A DNA stretch of 31,356 nucleotides, taken from positions 1 to 31,356 of the forward strand of contig DASYBH010000261.1 in assembly GCA_036500885.1 (NCBI GenBank). Reading direction: 5' to 3'. Shown one piece after another: positions 8,235-16,643 of this stretch. The notes under the pieces were generated by a model, which was not told where the DNA came from, did not search any database, and worked only from the letters and a program-made list of their open reading frames with translations. Every line of letters begins with the position of its first letter. The stretch's first letter is position 1. Source of the stretch: Candidatus Dormiibacterota bacterium (GTDB taxonomy: Bacteria > Chloroflexota > Dormibacteria > Dormibacterales > Dormibacteraceae). The translations under genes were made by a program, and so were the position numbers.

Positions 8235-10484
8235 TCAGCTCCCGCCGCCGGTCGCGGTTGGGGTGGGCACCTGGACCTGGGACCGATCGTCGACGACCCT
8301 GACCTCCTCCAGGAAGCCGATGCCCCGAAGCGTGGCCTTGACGTCGTCCGATGCCCCGACCACGTAGATGTCGGTGTCGAGGCTGAGGTCCTGGCAGGTG
8401 AAGGCCAGCGCGCGCGCGCTGGTCCTCGAGATCGACTGGATGTCCTCCATGCGCAGGACGAGCTGCTTCGGCTGTGCCGTGACCACCCGACCGAGGTAGG
8501 TCTTCAACAGCTCCTCGGCGTCCTGCTCGATGGCGCCGTCGAACACCAGTTCGGCGACGCCGTCCGTCAGGTTGAGCAGCATGCCGTAGGTCAGCCCGGC
8601 CGGCGCCAGGCGGATCCTGACCCTGAGCGCCTCGTCCGGGCCCCCGCTCAACAGGCGCGGATTGCCGGCCCACGCCGGACGGTGGCCGCGGGCGGGCCCG
8701 TCGGCGTCGGATCCCGGCGGGAGCTTGATCGTCATGGCCTCCGCGTCGAAGTCGGTCCAGCGCTCGTCGTTGATCCACACCGCCTGCAGCCGCGCGCTGC
8801 CGGGCGGCAGGATGTCCGGCTGCACGCGCAGCACGTTGTCCTCGAAGGCGCCGGGCTTCGGTTTGAAGTAGAAGTCCATCGGCTCCTTCTTGACGAGGAG
8901 GTTGGTGTAGACCGAGGCCAGGTAGCAGAGCTCGAACGAGTGATAGCCGGACATCGAGTGGCTGCCCTTGAGCCGCTCGGTGCCGAGCAGGTAGGGGAGC
9001 CCGTTGGCCAGGACGTTGAAGTAGACGCCGCCCGAATCGTGGTCGGGGAACCAGGCGTTGTAAAAGGCGGCTGACTCGCGGGCCAGGCGCACGTACTCCT
9101 CGTCGCCGAGCGAGCCGGCGAGGATCAGGTAGGCGAGGATGGCCTGCTCCTGCTGCCACCACGCCTTCCGGTCGTGCCAGACCAGTCGATGGAACCGCTG
9201 GCCCTCGGCGCGCGTCCGCTCTATGACGTCGTACCATCCACCCCGCTGCCGGTCCATGCCGGTGTCAGGCATGAGCGCGGCGATCTTGCGGGCCAGCGCC
9301 GGGTACTTGTCGTTCGGCCGCACGTGATGGATGCGCATGAGGTTCCAGGCGATCTTCAGATTGTGGCCCACCACTGCCCGATCCTGCTGCCATCCCCACG
9401 TCCTGTCGGGGCTCCAATCCTCCTGGAACCGCTCCTGCACGTACGGGCTCCGCTCGTAGTCCGGGAAGTGCTCCACGATGGTGTCCGCCAGCGTGGCCAG
9501 GAAGTCGGCGTGACGCTCGTCACCGGTCGCCAGGTACAGGTTGATGAGGTAGGCCGGCGCATGGTCGCCGACCGAGTTCCAGTTCTTGCGGGCTCGATCG
9601 GCGGTGAGCGCCGGAGAGCGGGGATCGAAGTCGACCGGATCGACGTGCGAGAAGTAGCCGCCCCGCACGCGGTCCAGGAAGAACCGATCGAACAGGTTGA
9701 GCGTCATCTCGGCGTCGCTGAGGATCCGCGGGTCCCCCGTCACGCGGTAGGTCTGGATCGGCCCGGCCAGCGCGTAGATCTGCTCGTAGGCGGGGATCGC
9801 GTCGAAGTCGTCTCCGAACTGCGATGCCAGGACCTTGCGCTCGCGTCCTCCGCGGACGTCGACGGCGTGGTACCAGTAGGCGACGCCCTCCGGCTCCTGG
9901 ACCGCTCGCAGGTGGTCGCGCAGGTAGTCGGTGCCCTTCTCCGCGGCCTCCAGGTACCGGTCCTCACCGGTGAGCAGGTATGCCGTGGCGAATCCGTAGA
10001 CCATGCGCGAGATCGTGTCGGTCTCCTGGCGCGTGCTGTCCACCTTCTGGCCCTCGACCGTCAGGTGGGTTCGGTAGTTCCGGTAGTCGATGTCGCCATC
10101 CGGGAACTGCGCCTTCATGTAGAACTCGGCGAGCGCCCGGATCTGCTTGATCCACCAGTCCGGCTCCTCGAATCGGTACTCGCTCGGACCCTGCCCGACG
10201 AGGACGATGTGCTTGGCCTCGAACAGGAGGCCCCCGCCCTCCGGGTAGAAGATCCCGTGCGCGAACAGGTAGCGGCCCGCCACGAGGAGCTCCTCGAGCG
10301 GGCTCGACGGCGACTGGTACGGCTCGTCGAGGTTGCGCAGCACCTCCGCGTACGTGGACGACGTCAGCTGGACGCGGAACTGCCGGCCGTCAGTCGTCTT
10401 CAGCCCGAACGCGCGACTCGTGCGATCGAAGTCGAGTACGTAACCGGCGATGGTGTCCGAGAATGTGAAGTCCAGATCATCCAT
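8235..10484 (-). CDS. AGE/cellobiose-2-epimerase family (alpha/alpha)6 protein with N-terminal extra domain and C-terminal STAS domain
   Basis: AGE-fold motifs SRMVYGF (R160), NSVGDH (H308), GHNLKIAW (H374), WWQQEQ and GYH (H515). Residues about 633-733 (LVFDGAIE...LVLRMEDIQSIS...VKATLRGIGF) are STAS-like. Confidence 0.85.
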   Translation of the reverse strand: MDDLDFTFSDTIAGYVLDFDRTSRAFGLKTTDGRQFRVQLTSSTYAEVLRNLDEPYQSPSSPLEELLVAGRYLFAHGIFYPEGGGLLFEAKHIVLVGQGPSEYRFEEPDWWIKQIRALAEFYMKAQFPDGDIDYRNYRTHLTVEGQKVDSTRQETDTISRMVYGFATAYLLTGEDRYLEAAEKGTDYLRDHLRAVQEPEGVAYWYHAVDVRGGRERKVLASQFGDDFDAIPAYEQIYALAGPIQTYRVTGDPRILSDAEMTLNLFDRFFLDRVRGGYFSHVDPVDFDPRSPALTADRARKNWNSVGDHAPAYLINLYLATGDERHADFLATLADTIVEHFPDYERSPYVQERFQEDWSPDRTWGWQQDRAVVGHNLKIAWNLMRIHHVRPNDKYPALARKIAALMPDTGMDRQRGGWYDVIERTRAEGQRFHRLVWHDRKAWWQQEQAILAYLILAGSLGDEEYVRLARESAAFYNAWFPDHDSGGVYFNVLANGLPYLLGTERLKGSHSMSGYHSFELCYLASVYTNLLVKKEPMDFYFKPKPGAFEDNVLRVQPDILPPGSARLQAVWINDERWTDFDAEAMTIKLPPGSDADGPARGHRPAWAGNPRLLSGGPDEALRVRIRLAPAGLTYGMLLNLTDGVAELVFDGAIEQDAEELLKTYLGRVVTAQPKQLVLRMEDIQSISRTSARALAFTCQDLSLDTDIYVVGASDDVKATLRGIGFLEEVRVVDDRSQVQVPTPTATGGGS

Positions 10485-10638
10485 TGCTCACTCCACGTTT
10501 CCTGCTCACAGGAACATCGTCGATCCACATGCATCATCAGGCAAACCGCTCAGCTTCCCTCTGAGCATAGCTCACTGTCACGGCATGCTCAAGTCAGCCA
10601 ACGGCACACTGTGAAGAGGAACGGCCGTTGAAGTTGGG

Positions 10639-10792
10639 TGCAGCACGAAGTCACGAAGAGCACGAAGACGCACGAAGAGATTCGAGGTCAGCCTCAGCGC
10701 TCTGGCTGACCCAGACCCCTCCATTCCTTCGTGCGTCTTCGTGTCCTTCGTGGCTCCGTGCTGCAACTCATTCAGCTAATCGCCCGCCCGAA
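10639..10792. repeat. CACGAAG-unit long-hairpin repeat (REP/MITE-like), copy 1
   Basis: Imperfect 39-bp inverted repeat (10639-10677 / 10727-10765) built of four CACG(A/G)AG units around a 49-nt spacer. A homologous copy lies at 25840-25990. Confidence 0.9.
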
Positions 10793-10857
10793 AGCTCACA
10801 GCCTTTCGCCAGGGCACTCCACGTCATCGGAAGCACTCCTCGTTGGCGCTGGGTCCG

Positions 10858-11859
10858 TCAGGCGCCTACCGCGAGCTCCTCGTTCTCGTCGTTCTGTGCG
10901 AGGAGGTGGCGCAGCGCGTTGGCCTGCGAGCGACGTCGAACCTCTTCGGCGAAGTCGTTCAGCCACTGCAGCGCCGGCTCGAGCGCCGGCATGCCCGGTC
11001 CCGTTTCCACGGAAGCCTGGACCGCGGTCTCGGCCGCGTCTGGCATGCTCGCAAGGCACTCCAGAGCCGTGCGGAGGCGGTCCAGGTCGGGCCGGCGAAT
11101 GCTCAGCCCGGGGCCCTGGAGCGGCCGGCGCCTGGCGTCCCGCGACGCGCGGGCGCGGGTGCGGGCCTGTCTGACGACGTCCCCGACGATGTGGCGCGCG
11201 TGCGCTTCGGGATTGCTGCCGGCGCGATCGCGGATGCTCCTGGTGACCTCGCTCAGGTAGGGCTTGATCTGGCCTGCGACGTACGCGGATATGTCCGGAA
11301 TCTCGGACATGCCAGCCGCGAGCTGGAGCTCGGCGATCACGCGGCCCTGGTCGAGGAGCTCGTATGACCGGCTCCGGCTCAGGCCGAACTCCTGCTTGGC
11401 GTACCGCTCCCACGTCCGGTATCCGAGCGCCGACCATGCGCGCCCCTCGTGGGCCTCCATGAGGAGCAGGCAGACGTGCCGGGTCGCACTCCGGATTCGC
11501 TCGGTGAGGGCTCTCGCGCCAGCCTCGTTCAACGGCCGGCCGTTTCCCGCGCGGGATGCGGGCCGGACGGGCGCTCCCTGCGCCGGCGTCATGGACCGGG
11601 CCGCGTGGTCCCTGCGAGGCCGCGTCATCGGCAGGTCTGACCGCGCCGCTCCGAGGTACGGCGCCTGCTCGGTGAACACCGCTTCGATCGCATCGCAGAT
11701 CGACATGCCGGGTGTGACAGCCGCGACGTGCGGCCGGAGCTTCGCTGCCACAGGCGCCGGCACCGCAACCTCCCCCTGCTGGTGGTAGTCCTCCAGCACG
11801 TGGAGACAGCCGTCCAGCAAGCGCAGCTTCTCTCGGCGCTCGTTTCGGTCGTGATGCAC
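10858..11859 (-). CDS. Hypothetical DNA-binding protein with phage-like HTH (WSALGYRTWERYAKQEFGLSRSRSYELLD)
   Basis: GTG start with GGAG upstream and GC3-biased codons. The central helical segment resembles uncharacterised phage/prophage HTH proteins (recalled resemblance, not searched). The N-terminal ~70-aa domain is unknown. Confidence 0.7.
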   Translation of the reverse strand: MHHDRNERREKLRLLDGCLHVLEDYHQQGEVAVPAPVAAKLRPHVAAVTPGMSICDAIEAVFTEQAPYLGAARSDLPMTRPRRDHAARSMTPAQGAPVRPASRAGNGRPLNEAGARALTERIRSATRHVCLLLMEAHEGRAWSALGYRTWERYAKQEFGLSRSRSYELLDQGRVIAELQLAAGMSEIPDISAYVAGQIKPYLSEVTRSIRDRAGSNPEAHARHIVGDVVRQARTRARASRDARRRPLQGPGLSIRRPDLDRLRTALECLASMPDAAETAVQASVETGPGMPALEPALQWLNDFAEEVRRRSQANALRHLLAQNDENEELAVGA

Positions 11860-11983
11860 TCTTGGCCTTCTCCCAGATCAGTGCACGGTGGTTCACCAGT
11901 CCCCCGCCGCAGCGTTCCCCCGTGAGCCGTTACTCGCCGCGACAGCTCGAACGGCAGGCGGGGCCGCTCGGCCAGGGGGCGCC

Positions 11984-12223
11984 TCACCTCTCGTGCGCTC
12001 CCCCGCTCGTCCGCCGCCGCGTTATCGGGACATGAAGCGTTCGGTGCGCGGGACGCGGCACCAGGTCGGGACGCGAAGCGTCCCAATCGCTGCCGGCCGC
12101 CTCGACGCGCTGCGCCGCGCCCGGCTCGTCCGGCGCGACGGGCCACGGTCCGTACGGAGCCTCCGCCACCAGTCCCAGCCAGACTGCGTATCCTGTCGTC
12201 GCCGCCGCCTCCGTCTCGCTCAT
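11984..12223 (-). CDS. Small hypothetical protein, 79 aa (MSETEAAATTGYAVWLGLVAEAPYGPWPV...)
   Basis: Strong Shine-Dalgarno GAAAGGAGG 7 nt before ATG 12223, GC3-rich codons, and same strand directly upstream of the HTH gene. Confidence 0.55.
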   Translation of the reverse strand: MSETEAAATTGYAVWLGLVAEAPYGPWPVAPDEPGAAQRVEAAGSDWDASRPDLVPRPAHRTLHVPITRRRTSGGAHER

Positions 12224-12680
12224 CGGGGCGCCTCCTTTCTCGTGGTCCCGCGGCCCAGCTCGATTGGCCGAGCTCGAGCGGACGAGTGACATTGTCAGCG
12301 GACAGATGGGGGCGATGGTACTGGCGATAACTCCAGTTTTCTCCTAGGCGCTTCGCGCAGGTAATCGCCTACGCATTCGCATCGGATCGCGGGCGCCGGC
12401 ATCCATTGGCCCGTTCGCAGCGCACGGGAAACCGTGGCGCGGCATCGTCTCTGACCGCCAGGCCGAGCAGGATCGGGTTCCTCCGCAGACACTTTCTTTA
12501 CGATTGATTCTTAGTGTTGCTGGCTGCGGCAGCAGTGAATCTCGTTGACCATGCACCAATCTATCGCGGCGGTGACAGATCGGCGGCCTTGACGCTCGGT
12601 GATCGGCTCTGACAACGTTGTGGAGGTGTGGGTCGTGCGGACAGATCCTTTTCCGGAATGACGATGCAGGGCAGCGGGGC

Positions 12681-12696
12681 GTCCGGAATTCCGGAC
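12681..12696. promoter_or_regulatory. Perfect 16-bp palindrome GTCCGGAATTCCGGAC, candidate operator
   Basis: Self-complementary and 38 nt upstream of the LAL ATG. A half-site TCCGGAAT lies 30 bp upstream (12652), and there is a 16/18 match inside the HTH gene at 11293-11310. Confidence 0.6.
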
Positions 12697-12734
12697 ATCC
12701 GGCGGCGGTACGACAGGGGTCCTGAGACGCGGCG

Positions 12735-15404
12735 ATGATCGGGCAGAGCCCGGTCGCAACCACCGCGATGGACGTCGCGGCCCCGCCGGACACCGCGGAC
12801 TGGCGCCTGGTCGGACGGGACGCCGAGCTCGCCGGGATCCGGCGGGCGCTCGACGGCGGGCGGGCCGGGCTCGTCCTCGCCGGCGGAGCGGGCGTGGGCA
12901 AGACCCGCCTGGTGCGAGAGGCGATCGGCGAGATCGAGCAGCGAGACCACGTCGCGTACTGGTTGACGACGAACCGCGCCGCCACGACGATCCCGCTCGG
13001 CGCCTTCGCCCATCTGCTGCCCGCCGGCAGGGCCCCCGCCAACCCGCTCGCCCTGCTCGGCCGGGTGACCAGGTCGCTCGGCGCGCGGGCGCAGGGCCGC
13101 CGCCTCGTGCTGGCGATCGATGACGCCCACCTCATGGACGACGTGTCGGCCGCGCTCGTCCAGCAGCTCGCGGGCACCGGACAGGTCTTCGTCGTGGCCG
13201 CGCTGCGGACGGGCGAGCTGGCGCCGGAGGCGATCACCGCGCTCTGGAAGGAGGGTCTCGCCGACCGCCTGGAGGTTCGCGCCCTCGGCCAGCACCACGT
13301 CGAGGAGCTGGTCTCGTCGGCGCTGGGCGGACCGGTCAGCGTTCCCACGAGCCTGTTCCTCTGGAACATGACGCACGGCAACGTCCTGTTCCTGCGCGAG
13401 GTCATCATGGCCGGCCTGGAGAGCGGCGCCCTCACCGGTGCCGGCGGCACGTGGTGCTGGCAGGGCCCGCTCGAGGTGAGCGCCCGACTCGCCGACGTGG
13501 TCGAGTCCTGCCTGGGCCGGCTCGACCAGGACGAGACGGCGATGCTGGAGGTGCTGGCCGAGGGTGAGCCGCTCGAGGCTCGCGTCCTGGAGTCCTGGTT
13601 CCCCGCCGCCGCGCTGCACTCGGTGGAGCGTCGCGGCCTGCTGAGCTCCCAGTGGGACGGCAGCCGTCTGGCGCTGCGGCTGGCCAACCCGCTCTACGGG
13701 CACGTGCTGCGCGCGCGGACCCCGGTCCTGCGTGGGCGCGCCATCCGCCGCCAGCTCGGCGACGCCCTCGTCAGGACCGGCGCCAGGAGGCGCGACGACA
13801 CGCTGCGGATCGCGGTCTGGCACCTCGAGTCAGGCGGCGGGGGGGCGCCCGAGCTGATGCTGCGCGCGGCGCGGGACGCGCTGGCGGGGTTCGACCATCC
13901 GCTCGCCGAGCGCATGGCGCGAGCCGCCGGGGACGCCGGCTGCGGACCGGCGGCCGCCATCGCGCTCGCCCAGTCCCTCTACCTCCAGGGCCAGAGCCAG
14001 GAGGCGCTCGACGTCCTGTCCGGGCTCCGCCTCGCGGCCCTCAGCGAACCCGAGCGTGTCTGGGTCGCCGCGCTGAGGGCGCAGGCGCTGTGCTGGGGCG
14101 TGGGTCGAGCCTCCGAGGCGGAATCCGTCCTCGTGACCGCGGAGGCGGCGGCCCCGGAGGGCTCGCTCCGCGACCTGCTGACGGCCGTCCGGGCCGCCGT
14201 TCTCCTCTTCTCCGGCCGGCTGGAGGGCGCGCTTCAGGCGGCGACCAGCGTCCTCGACGGGCCGGGTGGAGACGAGCGCGCCTGCGTGCCCGCCGCCATG
14301 ACGGCGGCCTTCGCACTGGCCGCCTGCGGGCAGTCGGAGAGGGCGGTGGCGGCGGCCGAGCGCTGGATCCACGCCGCCGGGCAGATGGGCGGGGGCGTGC
14401 CGTTCGCGCCCGGCCGCCTGCTGGCCGCCCAGTGCTTCGCCTTCCGGATGGCCGGCTGGCTCGATGACGCCGCCGGGAAGTCGGAGCACGGGTACCGGAG
14501 CGCGCTGGACAGGGGCGACCATCACTCGGCGGTCGGCTGGGCGACGATGCTGGGCCGCACCGCCCTCGACCGAGGGCAGGTCGCTGACGCCCGGCGCTGG
14601 CTCAACGAGGCCCTCATGCTCTCGGGCGACTGCGGGCACGTCAGCTTCCTCCCTGGCTGCCTGGCGTGGCTGGCGGAGGCGGAGGCGCTGCACGGAAACG
14701 TCGCCGGCGCCGCGGCATCCATCGAGCGAGCCGAGGCGCTGCGCCCGCAGGCCGCCGCCCTGTTCGAGGCCGACATCGCGCTCTCTCGCGCGTGGCTCGC
14801 CGCTGCCCATGGCGACCTCTCGCGGGCCAGGGCGCTGGCGGCCGGCGCCGCCGGCGCGGCGGAGGAGCGCGGCCACCTGGCGGTCGCGATCACCGCCCTG
14901 CACACCGTCGTGCGGTTCGGCGGCGCGGCCGCGGTCGCCGCCCGGCTGGAGCGGCTGGCGGGCGTCGTGAACGGACCTCTGGCCCCCGCGTGCGCGTCGC
15001 ACGCCAACGCCCTGGCCGCCCGCGACGGCGCCGGCCTCGACCGGGTGGCGTCGGCGTTCGAGGCGATCGGCGCCCACCTGCTCGCGGCCGAGGCGGCGGC
15101 TGAGGCGGCGGCGGCGCACTGCGCGAGGGGGCGGCGGGGACGCTCGCTCTCGTCCAGCACGACCGCCCACTCCCTCCTGGACCGCTGTGGTGGCGCCCGC
15201 AGCCCCGCCCTCGTCGGCCTCAAGGCCCCCGCCCTGACCCAGCGTGAGCGACAGGTGGCCCTGCTGGCCGCACAGGGCCTCTCGAGCCGGGCCATCGCCC
15301 AGCGCCTGACGCTCTCCGTGCGGACCGTCGACAACCATCTCCAGGTCGCCTACGGAAAGCTGGGGATCACCGGCCGGCGAGCGCTCGCACAGGTGCTGGA
15401 CTGA
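12735..15404 (+). CDS. Large ATP-binding LuxR-family (LAL/MalT-like) transcriptional regulator
   Basis: Walker A GGAGVGKT, Walker B LVLAIDDAH, sensor GNVLFLRE, an Ala-rich TPR-like region, and C-terminal LuxR HTH LTQRERQVALLAAQGLSSRAIAQRLTLSVRTVDNHL. Confidence 0.95.
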   Translation: MIGQSPVATTAMDVAAPPDTADWRLVGRDAELAGIRRALDGGRAGLVLAGGAGVGKTRLVREAIGEIEQRDHVAYWLTTNRAATTIPLGAFAHLLPAGRAPANPLALLGRVTRSLGARAQGRRLVLAIDDAHLMDDVSAALVQQLAGTGQVFVVAALRTGELAPEAITALWKEGLADRLEVRALGQHHVEELVSSALGGPVSVPTSLFLWNMTHGNVLFLREVIMAGLESGALTGAGGTWCWQGPLEVSARLADVVESCLGRLDQDETAMLEVLAEGEPLEARVLESWFPAAALHSVERRGLLSSQWDGSRLALRLANPLYGHVLRARTPVLRGRAIRRQLGDALVRTGARRRDDTLRIAVWHLESGGGGAPELMLRAARDALAGFDHPLAERMARAAGDAGCGPAAAIALAQSLYLQGQSQEALDVLSGLRLAALSEPERVWVAALRAQALCWGVGRASEAESVLVTAEAAAPEGSLRDLLTAVRAAVLLFSGRLEGALQAATSVLDGPGGDERACVPAAMTAAFALAACGQSERAVAAAERWIHAAGQMGGGVPFAPGRLLAAQCFAFRMAGWLDDAAGKSEHGYRSALDRGDHHSAVGWATMLGRTALDRGQVADARRWLNEALMLSGDCGHVSFLPGCLAWLAEAEALHGNVAGAAASIERAEALRPQAAALFEADIALSRAWLAAAHGDLSRARALAAGAAGAAEERGHLAVAITALHTVVRFGGAAAVAARLERLAGVVNGPLAPACASHANALAARDGAGLDRVASAFEAIGAHLLAAEAAAEAAAAHCARGRRGRSLSSSTTAHSLLDRCGGARSPALVGLKAPALTQRERQVALLAAQGLSSRAIAQRLTLSVRTVDNHLQVAYGKLGITGRRALAQVLD

Positions 15405-15408
15405 CGGG

Positions 15409-15540
15409 CAAGGGGGGCGGCCACCCCTTCCGGAACCCCCCTCTTTGTCTGGGATGTTGGGGGGCCAGGACACAGTCTGCCGGTTTTGGGGTGCGGGGCT
15501 GTAGCATCGAGAGGCGGCCTCCCTCCGGTGGCCGCTGGAA
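15409..15540. repeat. Intergenic cluster of short GC-rich inverted repeats between convergent LuxR genes
   Basis: GGGGGGCGGCCACCCCTTCCGGAACCCCCC resembles 19548-19580 (GAGGGAGCAACCCCCTTCCC). Also contains the inverted repeat GCGGCC...GGCCGC. Confidence 0.4.
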
Positions 15541-15547
15541 GGAGGGT

Positions 15548-16180
15548 TCAGATTCCGAGCATGTCGGCGCGCTTGATGGCCTCGACCCGGTTGCGGGCTC
15601 CGAGCTTCTCGAGGACGTTCCGGATGTGGAAGTCGACGGTGCTGCCCGACACCACCAGCACCTGGGCGATCTCTCGGTTGCGACGCCCCAGACGCATCAG
15701 GTGCAGCACCTCGCGTTCGCGCTTCGTCAGACTCGCGACGGGCGGGATCTGGCGCATCTGCGAGGTGTCCTGGAAGCACTTGTCGACGACACAGACTGAG
15801 GTCTGTTGCGCGAACCTGAGGATGCTCATCACCCTGTCGATCGGGTTCTCGTCAGCGAGAAATGCCGAGCAGCCCCGGCGCAGCCAGCGCTCGGCCGTCG
15901 CGAGGTCGCCCTCGGGCCCGAGCACCGCCACCTTGAGCGTCGCGCATATCAGCCGCCCCGCCTGCACGAACGAGTCACGATCCTCGTCGTTCGGGCCCAC
16001 GCCGAGGATCAGCCATTCCGGATCGTAGGCGTTCATGGCGTGCTGAACGGCCCGGAGCCGTGGCTCGCACCTGATGATGGAGGTCTCGCCGAGTCGAATC
16101 GCCTGGCTGTTGGCCGGCATAGCCGACCAGTTCCCGATGAGCACCACCGTGTCGCACGGATCGTAATTATCGATAACCAC
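15548..16180 (-). CDS. NarL/LuxR-type regulator with atypical (Asp-less) receiver domain
   Basis: C-terminal HTH LTKREREVLHLMRLGRRNREIAQVLVVSGSTVDFHIRNVLEKLG. The N-terminus is receiver-like (DPEWLILG, KVAVLG, RRGCSAFL) but lacks the phosphoacceptor Asp and the conserved Lys. Confidence 0.85.
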   Translation of the reverse strand: MVIDNYDPCDTVVLIGNWSAMPANSQAIRLGETSIIRCEPRLRAVQHAMNAYDPEWLILGVGPNDEDRDSFVQAGRLICATLKVAVLGPEGDLATAERWLRRGCSAFLADENPIDRVMSILRFAQQTSVCVVDKCFQDTSQMRQIPPVASLTKREREVLHLMRLGRRNREIAQVLVVSGSTVDFHIRNVLEKLGARNRVEAIKRADMLGI

Positions 16181-16478
16181 CCTACAGGGTCCTGAAACCC
16201 AACACCGTCCCGCGGCTGCTTACTAGAACAACCTAGCAGATGCTCCAGGAGCCGGCATTCCACCAGTACGTTCGGCCCCTCCAGGGCGGTGCCCCGTGCG
16301 GGCGCGGCCGCACGAATGCCTCTCGAACTGGGAATCTCACAGATCGTCAGGTGTTGCGGTAGCGCGAGGGTGACCGCGGCAGCGCCTCCGGCGAGGCCGG
16401 CGTTGCGCACGATGGTTCGGGCCCCTCTTCTCCCAGGGTGGCCCGGGGCCGCCGTATCGGTAACCGGGGAGCGGGACA

Positions 16479-16555
16479 TGAGTAATCGGGCCGGCAACAC
16501 GGCGGTTGTGTGGGTAGAGCCTACTCAGGATCGTCGATCGGTCGCGGGCTAACGT
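16479..16555 (+). promoter_or_regulatory. Activator-dependent promoter candidate for the DJ-1/ABM-VOC/ferritin-like operon
   Basis: TGAGTAATC (16479), a 7-3-7 inverted repeat TGGGTAG-AGC-CTACTCA (16511-16527), then 22 nt to -10 TAACGT (16550-16555). The same layout recurs at 22613-22687. Confidence 0.7.
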
Positions 16556-16643
16556 GGCTCGTGCCGCACCGAGTCGTGACGCTCCGCAACGCCCGGTGTG
16601 AGCGGCGTGAAGGCAACAGACGACCCAGAGGAGGCGACGAGAA

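Noticed and set aside
6015-9074. 1019-aa plus-strand ORF, and similar long ORFs (2748-4547, 9174-10631, 12561-13823, 13830-15779, 18051-20198, 23079-24740 N-terminal part)
   Set aside because: Antisense or off-frame shadows of well-supported genes in high-GC DNA. They are Arg/Pro/Gly-rich with no recognisable motifs.
10639-10765. CACGAAG repeats as a possible CRISPR array
   Set aside because: Units are 7-10 nt and arranged as inverted arms, with no unique 30-40 nt spacers and no cas genes.
10578-10766. Similar small ORFs MQHGATKDTKTHEG at both repeat copies
   Set aside because: Simply translations of the repeat element; there is no RBS or codon support.
10858-11859. Phage-like HTH gene as evidence for a prophage
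   Set aside because: No integrase, structural, replication or other phage genes nearby.
11984-12223. 79-aa ORF as a RiPP precursor for the tailoring enzymes
   Set aside because: No RRE, radical SAM, YcaO, LanM, ATP-grasp or peptidase genes, and no recognisable leader motif.
12423-12436. GNRA hairpin CACGG-GAAA-CCGTG and GGCAAACC at 10540, as possible c-di-GMP riboswitch parts
   Set aside because: Companion conserved motifs are not seen, and the 10540 element is on the wrong strand for the adjacent gene.
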